DNA of 64,000 bases from Lama glama (taxonomy: Eukaryota). The position numbers and the translations under genes are program-made. Below are positions 48,591-60,810 of this stretch, one piece after another (position 1 is the stretch's first letter; every line of letters starts with the position of its first letter). The DNA is taken from NCBI GenBank assembly GCA_028534125.1, contig CM052817.1:17424001-17488000 (forward strand), read 5' to 3'. Below the pieces are notes generated by a model. The model saw nothing but the letters and a program-made list of their open reading frames with translations, had not been told where the DNA came from and did not search any database.

Positions 48591-50081
48591 TCCAGGGCTG
48601 AGACTGGTGTTTTGCTGGGTTGAGCTGATTGAGATGTAGTTTATTAAGGTTAAAAACAAAGAAACAAACTTGGGAAGGGACATGATAGGATTAAATCAAG
48701 GGATGGAAGTTACATCAGCAACAGCTAATTATTGAGGACCTGCTATATGCATCTCTCTTCTAAGTGCCTTATGTATGTTACCCAATTTAATCTTATGACA
48801 GCCATAGAGGGTAGGCACCATTGTCGTCATCATCATCTCCCAGCTGAGAAAGTCAAGAGGCACAGAAATGGATATAAAAGCACTGTGTAACCATACTGAA
48901 AAGGGTTCTTTAGCCATTGTGACCATGAGTTAGCTGACCAGTTGAGTAATTTGCTCAAGGGTATAAAGCTCCCTGGTGGGAGAGGTCGGATTTGAATGTG
49001 GTCTGGGGCCCAGGCCTTAATTCACCATTTGATGCCACTGCCTATCTGTAAACACAAAGCACAGTTCAGCCAAGGGATGCTTCCTTACAAGAAACCTATC
49101 TGATTGTAGCAAAGAAAATTCTAATAGAGGTATTTGGAGAGGCATGGGCTGGAGACACTTGAAAATAGGCAGGAGGGCCCTTCATCAAGGGGAACCCGGC
49201 ACTGCTGGGGGGTTGGATTAAATAGCAACAACCCCAATAACAAGAGCTGCCACTCTCTCAGCACTTGTGGTGAGCTGGGCCTGCGAGAAGTGCTTTGCAA
49301 GCATCTTTAGAGCCCAGGATGTTGATACCTGGTCCCCGTTTTACAGGAGAGAAGCCCAGAGTCACAGAGCTCGGAGCTGTCACTCCTCAGGGTCAAGGAG
49401 GTGGACTTGAACCCAAACCTGACTGTCTCCAAAGCCCTTGCTTCCAACAGCTGTACAATATGGGGTGACTCTTAAGGTCCTTCCCACTCCCAAGATGCTG
49501 TAATTCTCGGTCTCCACGGGTAAATGATTCTGCATCCGCCCATGCGATTTCGTTTTAGCCTGTGTTGGTATTTTTACCGAGAGCTTGGAGACTGCTGGGG
49601 GCCCAGGAGTCTCTTCCCTGTCTTGAATCGGTCCTCTGGAATGTTGGCCCAAACCCTGGCCAGATCGTTCTGACTCCTTCTCCTTCGCATTTTACAATCT
49701 GGGTTTCCGGTAAGCGCCAGTGAAGGCCCGTCCTTCCGACTTCATCCTTATTTAAACAGACGGCTTCATGAGTACTGGCATACGGTCCAAAAAAGCTGGT
49801 GAACTCTCACTTTCTCTGAGCCGGGAAGTCTGTGGCAGCCCCCGTACTCAGCCCCCGTACTTAGGGCTAAAGTCATGGGTTGCAAGGGCTCTGGAGGAGG
49901 ATTAAACTAGAGCTTTCTCTGGTTTTTCTCTCATCACTTCCAAACTAGCCCCCAAGGATTCCATCATCTGGTTCCAGAATTGCAGGCACCAGCAAATCCC
50001 TAAGGATCTGATCTGGTACCAGGACACAGGTCTCTGGTTCCTGTCTAGGTACTCAGCTCTTCCAAAGACCTATGGTGTCAC

Positions 50082-50480
50082 CTATATTAGTTTCCTGTGG
50101 CTGTTGTGACAAAGTACCACCAAGTTGGTGGCTTAAAATAACAGAAATTTATTCTGTCACAGTTCTGGAGGCCAGAAGTCCAAAATCAAGGTGTTAGCAA
50201 GACCACGCTCTCTCTGAAGGCTCCAGGGAGGATCTGTTCCACGCTTTCCTCCTTGGTTCCGGTGGCCAGCAATCCTTGCTGTCCCTTGGCTCGTGGACAT
50301 ATCACTTCAGTCTCTACCTTATGGTCACACGGGAATTGATGCTGTTTGTCTCTGTTTGCGTGTCTCTTCTTCTCTTCTTATACGGACATCAGTCATCTTG
50401 GACTAGGTCTACCCTCATCGTAACTTGATTGCATCTGCAAAGACCCTATTTCCAAATAAGGTCACGTGTGCTGGTACTGG
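50082..50480 (-). mobile_element. MLT1C-like LTR
   Basis: TATATTAGTTTCCTGTGGCTGTTGTGACAAAGTACCAC...GGAGGCCAGAAGTCCAAAATCAAGGTGT...CATCTGCAAAGACCCTATTTCCAAATAAGGTCAC. Confidence 0.85.
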
Positions 50481-50819
50481 AACAGACCTGAGACTCACAC
50501 CAGGGGCAGAGGTCCAGCATTTCACCAGGACCCTGAACAGCACCATCCTCAGCTGATGGTGAGCTGAGAAAGGAAACCAAGCCATTGTGTTAAGTGCTTT
50601 GGACCCGCTGAGACCAAGGCTCTCTGAAACAGCTTCCCCACAGAGGGCTTCAGACTCCTTTCTTTCATGTCTGATCATCTCTCTGAAACCCAGTTTCTCC
50701 ATCCATAAGACAAGCTCATGGAAGCTGCCCAACCCCATCTCAGAGAATGGCTGGGAGGATCAATACCAAGACTTGTGCCGGCTTCTTGGAAGCTATGTAG
50801 ACATGCGTTATGCTCACCC

Positions 50820-51118
50820 ATCCCCTTGGCCCTTGCTTCCATCAGGTCTTTGCTCAAATGCCAGTGCACTAGAGAGAGCTTCTGTGACCAGTGTATTGAA
50901 ACGAGCACCATCCACCCTACCATCCCCTTTTAACTCTTTATCCAAATTACTGACTCTCTGACATATTTATTTACTCGTGGTCTCTCCTACCTGTTTTAGA
51001 ATGTAGCTCCGAGGGGGCAAGGGCTTTGTCTCTTTGTTCCCCTATGGCAGCCCCAGTACCTGCAACAGTGCCTGGCACATGGCAGGCACTCAGTAGTATC
51101 TGTTGATTGAATAAATGA
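50820..51118 (+). mobile_element. L2a 3' end
   Basis: TAGAATGTAGCTCCGAGGGGGCAAGGGCTTTGTC...ACAGTGCCTGGCACATGGCAGGCACTCAGTAGTATCTGTTGATTGAATAAATGAA. Confidence 0.8.
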
Positions 51119-52534
51119 AGAGCTTAACATAAGGTCGCAGTTCTCACTTGCACGATGGAAGAAGAACAGATTTTCCACGAGGACCTAAGCTCCATGAGAG
51201 CAGGAAACTATGGTCGTTTGACTCATTGCTATAGTCCCAGGGCCTGGCATGAAACAAGGTGCTTGATTCTTATCTGTTAAGTGAATGGATGTGGGAAAGA
51301 CTGCTGGAAAGACAGAAACCATCCTGTTCTGACTTCGGGGAAGTGAGAAGCCAAGGAAGGCTTCGGCTGGGCAGATCTGGACCTTCAGGGATTTTGGAAG
51401 GTGGGGGAAAGGAAGAGGCACCACCTAGCTCAGAGGGGCAGAAGGCACAGGCTGTGTGAGCAACGAGGGTGGCCACAGGCAAGGCTCGTTTGCAGAGTCA
51501 GGTGCCCCACCTGATCTGAACAGGTTGGCGTGGAAGCTGGCGAGGCAGAGTGGTTGCCTCTGATTATGAATTACTCAAATGCCGGCTAAAGTGAAACTTC
51601 TCTCTTCTCCCAGCCCTAGGCATCAGGGACTTCCCGAAGAAACGATTTAAAGTGTGGAATGAGGAGGGCTATGGCGCTGGGCCTCCTCTCCTCCACCCCC
51701 TCCGGCTTCACCGATGATCTTAGTCTTTGCAAAGGCCAGGGCGAGTCTAGAAATAACTGCTTCTCAGGCAATTAAACCACTGCCAATTTTACAAGGCTGA
51801 ATATGTCAGAGGATCGTGTTACCTCCATGCTTGGGCCCAGAGGCCGTTTTCTCATCAAACCTAACAGGCTTGTGAGAGGAGCTGACATCTGGGTGATAAA
51901 GCAGACATGCGGTCTCCCTGCTCCTGTCTCTTTCTAATCACTGATCTTCCAACAGCTTCAACCCTCGGGGCTGCTGGGATTCGGGGAGGGGGAAGCGCCC
52001 TCCCCTCCAGCACTAGGGAAGCCAGGGATTCCTTGAACACAGGTCAACACCTTACATGTCACTTTAGAAGGACAGGCCCCAAAATTCAAACCGCCCCAGG
52101 AGAAGCAGCAGACTGGTTCAAATTAATGCCAAAGTGCACATGACTAAGCGCAGAGCTTTGGTCCCTCGAGGGCGGATTATACAGAGCAGTGAGAGGAGAG
52201 GTGGTGCCTTGAAAGAGAGTGGACGCAGGAGCCTGGTTCTCCGCCTACCACCCGAGGGGCTGGAACAAGTTCATTAACCGCTCAGCTGTAACTACAGGAG
52301 CTCACTGCCTGGGCCAGACTGAGCGGCCTGCAGCTCCCTCCGTGTGCCAGGCCCCACCCCCGACTCTGGCCATCTCGCAGGGACCTTGTGGCCTGGAAAG
52401 TTCCTCTCCCCTTTTTCCAACCTGACTCCTCATCTTTCTGCCTCCCTGGATGTCTTCCCAGGGTTGGATGCACAACTCTGTTCACAGATTAAATTCAAGC
52501 TCGCTCTCCCTCCTGTCCTCCCTGCCCCCATCCA

Positions 52535-52535
<1 letters not shown>

Positions 52536-52593
<58 letters not shown>
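52536..52593 (+). repeat. Perfect (CA)29 microsatellite
   Basis: Read directly from the sequence. Confidence 0.95.
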
Positions 52594-52597
<4 letters not shown>

Positions 52598-53689
52598 ACA
52601 GGAAGAACCTAGAGGCCAGGGGTCATTTCTTGTCCTCCTCCAGGTGCGCATTAAGGAACCAGCAACTATCTCTTCAATAATTGAGAGTTATCTGTGTTAA
52701 GGAAAATTTTCCAAAATGTGGAAATAAAGCAAGAAAATGACTACACGTCCTTCCAATCGACTGCTGAGGCCTCCAGGCTCATCGAGGGTTATTTTTCTCT
52801 AGGAGAACCTACCTGCGTTTGACTTTGTTGTTTATGATTGAATAGAGGCCAGACGCAGACTGTTGCACATTAACTTGCTGATTTTGCTTCCGTAAAGATG
52901 GAGATGATTTCTTCCTGGTAGAAAAGATAACCTATGACTTTGTTGCCGTGTCGAATATGAACGAGTTTTGTTACCTAACCTATGGGTCTTATTCTGACAT
53001 CCTTTTTCTTTCTTTTTCCCTCTTGCCTGTAAGTACTTCAAATAGTCTTAGTCAGTTTTGCCATCCCACTGGTTCCCTCAGTATTTAACAAGTTTTAAGG
53101 TTTGACTTGTGTTCATTCTATATTTTATGAGCCATTTTTTAAAAAGAGTCGTGTTTTTAACTTTTTGAAAATCATATTTTGACACCTTGTAGGAATTTTG
53201 AAAGGCCTAAATAATACCATTCAGCAACTGTCACGTTTTCTTAAAAGCTAAGTAGAGTGCTAAACATTCACTCAATGCTCATTACAACCTTATAAAGCAG
53301 ATCTTTATTTCATTGATGAGGACTCTAAGGCTCAGAGAGGCTTAGCAGCTTGGCAAAGCCCTGGACACAAAGCGCGTGCCGGGAACTTCACTTGCCCTCT
53401 TGGTTAATCCTTATCACAGGCTCATCCCACAGGGGTCACAATCCCTATCTTGTTGATTAGAAATGGGAGGTTTAGTTACTGGTCCGAGGTATCACTGTGT
53501 GTGGCCAGGTCAGGGTTAGAAGCCCCACACCTACATATCCCTCAACGCTTTTTTTGACCAAGTGATTTAGCTGCTGGGAAAGTCCATCACGCACCACATG
53601 TTACAGAAAATGTTCATTTCTCTTCCGTTGGACAGTTTAGTGGGAAGGAGGTGTAGTTGAGATTGGTAGGTAGCCTCCTAAAATTGCAT

Positions 53690-54190
53690 CCATTTTCATA
53701 ATAACAGAGCCCCAAATTTTGAGGTGGGCCCTGACCATCCCAAATGAAGATTACATTTCCCAGTCTGATTTGCAGCTGCACGTGGCCATGTGATGAAACT
53801 GTGGCCAATGGGAGGTAAGTGAAACTGTCACGTGGCTCTTTTAGGAATTTCCCTTAAAAGATAGTTGAGTATCTTTTCCCCTGTGCCTTCTTCCACCCAC
53901 CTAGCAGGAATACGGATATGATGTCTGGAGAGCTGGCTGTGATCGTGTTACCACAGGGGTGATTGTGGCCCAGAGGAAGTTAAAAGAATGAGCTGGAAGG
54001 AACCTGAGTCCCAGGGGCTTGGCCAAGCATCATACCAGCCCTGGACTTCTGGCTTCCCGCTTTTATGTGAGGAAGAAATAAACAGCTGTCTTACATAAGC
54101 CACTGTTTTTGTTTTTGTTGTTTTGTTTGTTTTTTTTTTTTTTTGGATCTCTATTGCTTGCAACCAAAAGTAATGCTAACTGATACAGTA
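53690..54190 (+). mobile_element. MLT1 (I/J-like) LTR
   Basis: ACATTTCCCAGTC...TTGCAGCT...GGCCATGTGA...TGGCCAATGGGA...AAATAAAC...TTGCTTGCAACCAAAAGTAATGCTAACTGATACA. Confidence 0.7.
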
Positions 54191-55362
54191 CAAAGAAGGC
54201 AAAGTTGGCCTTCTACACGGCAGTGCTCAGGGGTGGCCTTGATTCTCAGAGCCAACCAGAACAGCCCTGGAGAGCTGGGTAGCTGGACCTGTCAGGGAGA
54301 TCAATGTTGGCTGCCAACCAGCCACCGCTCACCCTGACTTGCGTCCCTGCTCCCACCTCCAGGCCGGTCCTGCCTCTGTTTTACAGCATCATCTGGAGCT
54401 GCCTGCAAAACAGATGACTCCACACAGGTCCCCAGCATCTCTCCTCCTCTGGGTGGACAGAAATGGCACGTCACCAAAACTGCAGTGAGGACATCTTTGA
54501 AGCACTGGGTTCTCGCCTCAGTGACCATGAGGAGGAAACACTTTCTGTTCTGCTCCTCGGGGCTCTGCCCCCTCAACAGTGCAAGAATAAAACACATCCA
54601 TCTCTTCAACAGAGACCGGCAAGGCAGAGCCCAGAGCCTCTTAACTTGCTAGAAATTTACGGTTCAGCTTTGCCCCCTCCTGGGCCTCTGGAGGAGGAAG
54701 AGAGGGTCGGACTCCCTTGCAGATGCCAAGGGGGCTGGGGAGGCTTCGGGGCGGCGTTCTTTGCTGGCAGCTGTGAGACTCCCAGAAGGAAGGAACCAGC
54801 AGAGGTGGTGTTTTCTGCCAGGATGGCATCGGCCTCCCCTGCCCGGGGCCCACTCCCAGATCCCAGGTCCTGGCTTGGCCAGCCACTTGGCCATGTGATT
54901 TTGGACACAAGGTGCACATGCCTCAGTTCCCCATTTGTAAAACAAAAATTAGGATGGTTCCTGTCTCCAAAGGTAGCTCTGAACACTGAATGAGATATTC
55001 CCAGTAAAGCTTCTAGATATCTGGCACATAGTAAGTGCTCAATAAAAGCTGCTTGTCATCACTTTTGGAGAAAAATAATGACACGAGGTAACAGCGCTCT
55101 TCCTACGTGCCGGGCACTGTTCCAAGCACCCTACCTTTTTATGCTCACAACTCTAGGAGGACACTACAATCACACACTCCCCCCATTTTATTGATCAGGA
55201 GACTGAAGCTCATTTGGGGCACAAATCTAACTGCAGCTCCACTGTCTATACCCTTGAAAAAGGAGGAAGGTAGGAATCCTGACTCCTCACCAATTGTTGG
55301 CTTCTTATTTCCACAGCACCCCTGGCTCCTTCCACCACAGGTTTTAAAATGCTGCTGTCTGG

Positions 55363-55443
55363 CACTGTTTACAAGAGCCAAGACATGGAACCAACCTAAA
55401 TGACCATCGCCAGATGACTGGATAAAGATGTGGTATATATATA

Positions 55444-55496
<53 letters not shown>

Positions 55497-56009
55497 GCAC
55501 ACACACATATATACATACAATGGAATACTACTCAGCTGTAAAAAAAGAATAAATGCCATTTGCAGCAACACGAATGGACCAGGAAATCATCATTCTAAAT
55601 GAAGTAAGCCAGAAAGAGAAAGAAAAATACCATATGATATCACTCATATGTGGAATCTAAAAAAAATGACACAAATGAACTATTTTTTAAAAAAGAAACA
55701 GACTCACAGATACAGAAAACAAACTTATGATTACCAGGAAGGGAAGTTGGGGGTGGAGGGATAAATTGGGAGTTCAGGATTTGTAGATACTAACTACTAC
55801 ACATAAAATAGATAAACAACAAGGTTCAACTGTATAGCACAAGATATTCAATATCCTGTAGTAACCTATAATGAAAAAGAATATGAAAAGGAATATATAT
55901 GAATAACTGAAACACTGTGCTGTACACCAGAAATTAACACAACATTGTAAACCAACTATACTTCAATTAAAAAATGTTTTAATATAAAATTTTTTTTTTA
56001 ATTGAGAAA
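55363..56009 (+). mobile_element. 5'-truncated LINE-1 with TSD and an internal (TA)n(CA)n microsatellite
   Basis: L1 ORF2-end motifs (GCCAAGACATGGAACCAACCTAAATG; ATGCCATTTGCAGCAACA), 3' UTR and A-rich tail. TSD AAAATGCTGCTGTCTGG (55346-55362) / AAAATGTTGCTGCCTGG (56010-56026) at a TTTT/AAAA endonuclease site. Confidence 0.92.
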
Positions 56010-56514
56010 AAAATGTTGCTGCCTGGGCTTGCCTCGCTCTCCCCAGGTCCACCTCAGCCGGCCCTGGGGCCCCTTCCCCGCCCCTGCGGGACCCCCAGTT
56101 CTCTGCCATGCAGTCCCCCACCATTGTTTTTGCTCCGGTTCCTGTGGTGAGGAGTTACTTCTTCCACGGCTCCCTTTTCTCTCTGCCTATCAGGCAGTGA
56201 GGCCGCCTTCTCCACGGAGAAAGAACACCTGCTTCACCCCTGGTTGTGTGGCACCCATGCCCGGGCTTGCCTGGCACCTGCGACCTGGAGCCACTACTGA
56301 CAGTGCCATGGGGTCTGAGCAGAATGAAAAGAAGGAGACCCCTTCAGATGCGGCATCTCCCTGACCCCTGTGTGCACAGGCCCTTTCTCGAGGGAGTCAA
56401 GCTAGCACATGGGGACCTTGCTGCCCGCCCCGCCCTCCTCAAAGCATCTGATCTTCAGCATCTCATTTAATCCTCCCAATCTCCCAGCCAGATGAAGACA
56501 GGGTATCTTCATTT

Positions 56515-56890
56515 TCCTCTGCTCAGCCTGCCGGGACGAAGTACCATGGACTGGTATATAAACAACAGAAGCTTATATCCTCTCAGGCCAGGAGGCTGGA
56601 AGTCCAGATCTAGGTGTCCCGGGGTGGATTTCCGCTGCAGTCTCTCTCTGTAGCTCGTAGAAGGTCACCTTCAGGTCGTGCCCTCACATCGTCTTCCCTC
56701 TGTGTGTGTCCCAGTCTCCCCTTCTTATAAGGATGCCAGTTACATTGCACGAGAGTCCACACTAATGACCACATTTTACCTTAATTACCTCTTTTAAGTC
56801 CCTGTCTCCAAATACAATCTCATTCTGATATCCTGGGGGTTAGGACTTAAATGGACTGTTTGGACTTAAATCAATTTGATACCCATAACA
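56515..56890 (-). mobile_element. MLT1A/B-like LTR
   Basis: AAACAACAGAA...GGAGGCTGGAAGTCCAGATC...TTCTTATAAGGA...CCTGTCTCCAAATACAATCTCATTCTGA...CCCATAACA. Confidence 0.8.
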
Positions 56891-59800
56891 GGGTAAGCAC
56901 TATTATTATCCCATTTTTTAGCTGAGGAAACTGAGGCCCAGAGAGAATGAGTAATTCACCCAGGTCCACAGCTAACAGAGGACGGAATCTGAGCCATGAC
57001 ACGCTGACTCTGCAGCCTCACGTGGAAACACTGCCCAGACGCTGCTCCAGCCCACAGAGGCAGGTCTTGGACCATCAGCCTTTTTCTAAAGCTGAGACAT
57101 CAGGACAGAGAGGTGCAACGTCCTGCCCCATGCCGCTGACAGGTGGCAGTGTGAGAACTCCAACCTGGGTGTGCTGGCTCTGAGCCCAACTTCTTTAAAC
57201 TACCCTACCCTCACCTCCCTAAATATGCGCCCTCGTTAAGAAACCAGCATAGGAATTGGTCCCAAGAAGGTAGGGAAGGGTTTGGGAATAAAAAGCAATT
57301 TTGACTTTGGCATTACAGGGAGATTAATGAAAATATGGTTTCCTCTAGTGCCTCGACACATGGCCTCTATGCATGGCACTGGGGTTCAGAGTTGCCCCGG
57401 GCCAAGCTGAGAGGAAGGCAGCGGAGCTCGCCACCCACTCCTGGCCACCTGCAGCCCCTCCCCTTGCAACAGCAATAGCTCCCCTAATAATACTAGTACT
57501 TTCTGGGTGATTATAGTGTGTTACGCATTTTTAGTATTTTTATGCCTTGATTTATTTGCTCCTCTCAATAACTTTTTTGGGCAGGGGGTGGCATTATTAT
57601 CGTTTCTATTTTATACATGAAGAAGGCAAGGCACAGCCATTGGCCAAGAGTCCCTGGGAGTAACTGATGGGGGTTGGATGTAAACCCAAGTAGCTGCAGG
57701 CCAGCCTAGCTCTGGTCCACTCCTTGCCACTGTGGGGTGGACAGTTGACAAGGAGCTAATGGGTTCACTCTCCTTCACTCATTCATCTGTTCATCCATCC
57801 TCCTACTCTGTTGGCTCTGACCCCAGCCCAGCACCAGGTTCCTCCCTCTAGGGCCTCCAGGCTTGGAGGGCAGGAGACCCCTTAAGTGGATGGCATGGAC
57901 TCTATACAACAGGAGTGTGTCTATGGTGCAAACTGGGGAATTCACAGTCGGAGGAAGTCAAGGAAGGCTGGTGAGGTGCAGTGACACATACGCTGGGTTT
58001 TGAAGGGTAGGTAGGAGTTCACAGGGCAGAAACAGGGATGTTGCCACAAGAGTTCTATGGCCTGTGTGCTTTAGTTGGGGGTAAGGCAAGGGAGGAGGAC
58101 AACCTGGAGGTGGAGCTTCTAGGGCGCCATGCCAAGGAGGGGGTTTCGTCCCAAAGGTTGGAGCATTTTAAGGCCACGATGGGACTTGAAGCAACGTGGT
58201 CTTCAAGCTCAGCAGTAGCTTCCCATCCTACTCTGACTAAAATCCCAAGTCCCCACTGGGGTGTAGACAGCGTTAGGTGATGTGTTCTCCCAGCCGGGCT
58301 CCTACTTCCAGCCTCATTCCCACCCCTCTGCGCCTCCCCGTCAGCCTCCAGCTCTCCCTGCCTTCCTGCTCCTCCCCGAACAGGCTGAGCCAGTGACCTC
58401 GACCCCGGCCCTGCAGCTCCCTCTGCCTGGAACACTCCTCCCTCCAGCGCAGTTCTGTTTAATTGGCTAATTACTTCCAGCCGAGCTTTTGCCCGGCTCT
58501 CAATAAATACTTGTTAAATGGATGAATGCGCTCTACTTCACTGTAGTCCGATTCATTGAAAGGAAGTACGCAGACAGCTCTCAGCCATCCACTTGTGCTG
58601 AATAATTAACCAGGACACACCGTCCCCCTTCGGGGCTACCCTCATCGCCCCGTTAACTCTGGGCTGTTCCTGGGTTGCCAGCCCAACCTCCAGAGCCAGT
58701 CTGCGCTGCCAGTAAAGCCAGGCTGCTTAGCAACTGAGCTGCCCCTCAGCCCTGGGCTGCCTCTAACAGCCCGGCTGCCACAAACCCTTCTCGTCTCAGC
58801 CGCGGAAAAGAAGCCATGAAATTGCCTGAATTGAGGAGCTGACAAGAAAGTAAAAGGAGCCTGTTAAAATCTAACCGAAACTGAAAGACAAAAGACAATT
58901 CCTTCCAGCACCTTTGGCACGAGCCTGGTGCTGGAAAAGGGGAGAGGGAAGTCTCTCCCACTTCTGACCTCCCTACACCTCCCTTTGCCTGGGAAGAGAG
59001 TCTTGGGAGCTGCTGAGTGACCTTGGCCTTGGGTCAAAATGAAATCACTGTCCAGGTTATTAGGGAAAGATGTTTCTGACAAATTTTGGATGGTCATAAT
59101 AGCAATAAAGTCTTTAATGGAAAAGACCCCCTGACCTGAATCCTATTTCTCCCCGTGGAAGCAGAATGTCAAAATAAGTTGTTTTGTTATTTATGACTCA
59201 TTCATGTCCACCCTGGGAGCTTGCTTCTTGTCTTTCTTCCCTGTCTATTTCGGAGCAACACCACCACCAAAAAACAACTGTGGGTTCCCAAATCTGGCAA
59301 ACTAGCTCAGTGCTCAAATTTATTTCCCATGTTATTATTATTCTTTCCTGTTGAATGGCAACATTAGCTAATTATAAAAAAAAAAAATCAAGGCCCTTTT
59401 CCAGAAGTTGTAGCTGAAAATTCGTTTTTCAAGATTGGATCTGATTGCAGAGTGTCTTAACAAACAGGGGGCGGAAAAACTAAACCATTTACGCCCGGAA
59501 TCCTGGTGAAGAAATTAGGGTTTAATGAACCCTGAAACAGCTACCATCTTCCCCTGTCTAAGGAGAAAAGAAAATGTGATTCTAAATTTTAAATGTGAAC
59601 CAACAACTGGTTTTGAAATTGTTATTTAGAGATAGTGGCGGTGGGGGAACTCTGCAAAGCAGATGTCTTCACACTTCAGGGGAGAGATTTTTCTCTTGGG
59701 AAAAGCTCAGGTAGCCCCTGTGAGAGGCTAAGGATAAAATCTGGATGCCAAGTTTCCTATGATTCTGTGCATGTGGATGGTGGGTTTTAAATGCGCAGAA

Positions 59801-60026
59801 CGTCCGATTTGCCAGGAGCTCCTTGAGGCTTAGGTAATTGTCTGGCAGTCTTTGCAGGCTCTACTTTCAGTGGGCTCAGGAGGAAGACTGCAAGGCACAG
59901 TGATTTCCCTATATTTGCAAATTGGCAAGCTGCGAAGTTTTTGAAAAGGCAGGTGGGGATTGGAGAGCGCAGAGCGGTGGGTTGAAATCCCAGCTCGGAG
60001 GCGCGCGCTTGAGCGGGTTCTCCATT

Positions 60027-60045
60027 TGGGCACCAGATGGCGCCA
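60027..60045 (+). promoter_or_regulatory. Candidate CTCF site in a CpG-rich micro-island
   Basis: TGGGCACCAGATGGCGCCA is a near-consensus match to TGGCCACCAG(A/G)(T/G)GGCGC(T/C)A; dense CpGs at 59965-60110. Confidence 0.75.
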
Positions 60046-60689
60046 GCAGCCTTCGCGGCCTGAACGGCCTCCCCCAGCGCGTCGGGGTCAGAAAGAGAAG
60101 GCTCCCGGTTCTCAGCAAAAGGTCCACGAAGAAGTGGCTGTGAATACAAGCCCGGAATGGCTTTCCCTGGCTTGGGGACGTGGGTGTCTGAGGCCATCAG
60201 TGAATGTGTAGAGTCCTGCATGGCAGCACGTGGGCTGGTCAAAAGGTTAAGAACCACTGCTTTGCACTGTCATACATCACTTTCCAGCTGTTTCTTCAGA
60301 GGAGGGGTGGATTCCCTCATTGAACCTCTTTTATCTTGCCTTTATCTCCTCAGCAGCGCAGCCTACCTCCACCAGCTACCAGAGATCGTCCCTAAAAGAT
60401 GTTACTCCTCTGTTTTGGCAGAAACTGCTTGTTGTCCACTAACATTAATTTTTCCTTCTTCCCCACTTGATTAGAGGGCTCTGAGCAGCCAGAGATCACT
60501 CAGTACATGGGAGTCACCAACCACAGGATGGGGAGAGATGCTGAGAGGCTCAGACAAGGAAGTTTGCCTCCCTCCCAGTTTTGTGCATCATATCCATAGT
60601 GTGAATGCTGTGTCTGAAGTCAAACATTATTCTCCCAAACTTGGGAGGTGTCTCCATGTACAAAGGGATATAAAGAGTTACTTGTTCGA

Positions 60690-60810
60690 GGAATATTACT
60701 CGGCCATAAAAAGTAATAAAATAATGCCATTTGCAGCAACATGGATGGACCTAGAGATGATCATAATAAATGAAGTAAGTCAGACAGAGAAGAACAAATT
60801 TCATATGATT
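60690..60810 (+). mobile_element. Short LINE-1 ORF2 C-terminal fragment
   Basis: Encodes EYYSAIKSNKIMPFAATWMDLEMIIINEVSQTEKNKFHMI. Confidence 0.85.

Noticed and set aside
54463..54993. 176-aa ORF, the longest in the track
   Set aside because: No recognisable family, and the C-terminal part runs through a MIR element.
59787..60257. 156-aa minus-strand ORF over the CpG micro-island
   Set aside because: Explained by local GC richness around the CTCF motif; no protein-like features.
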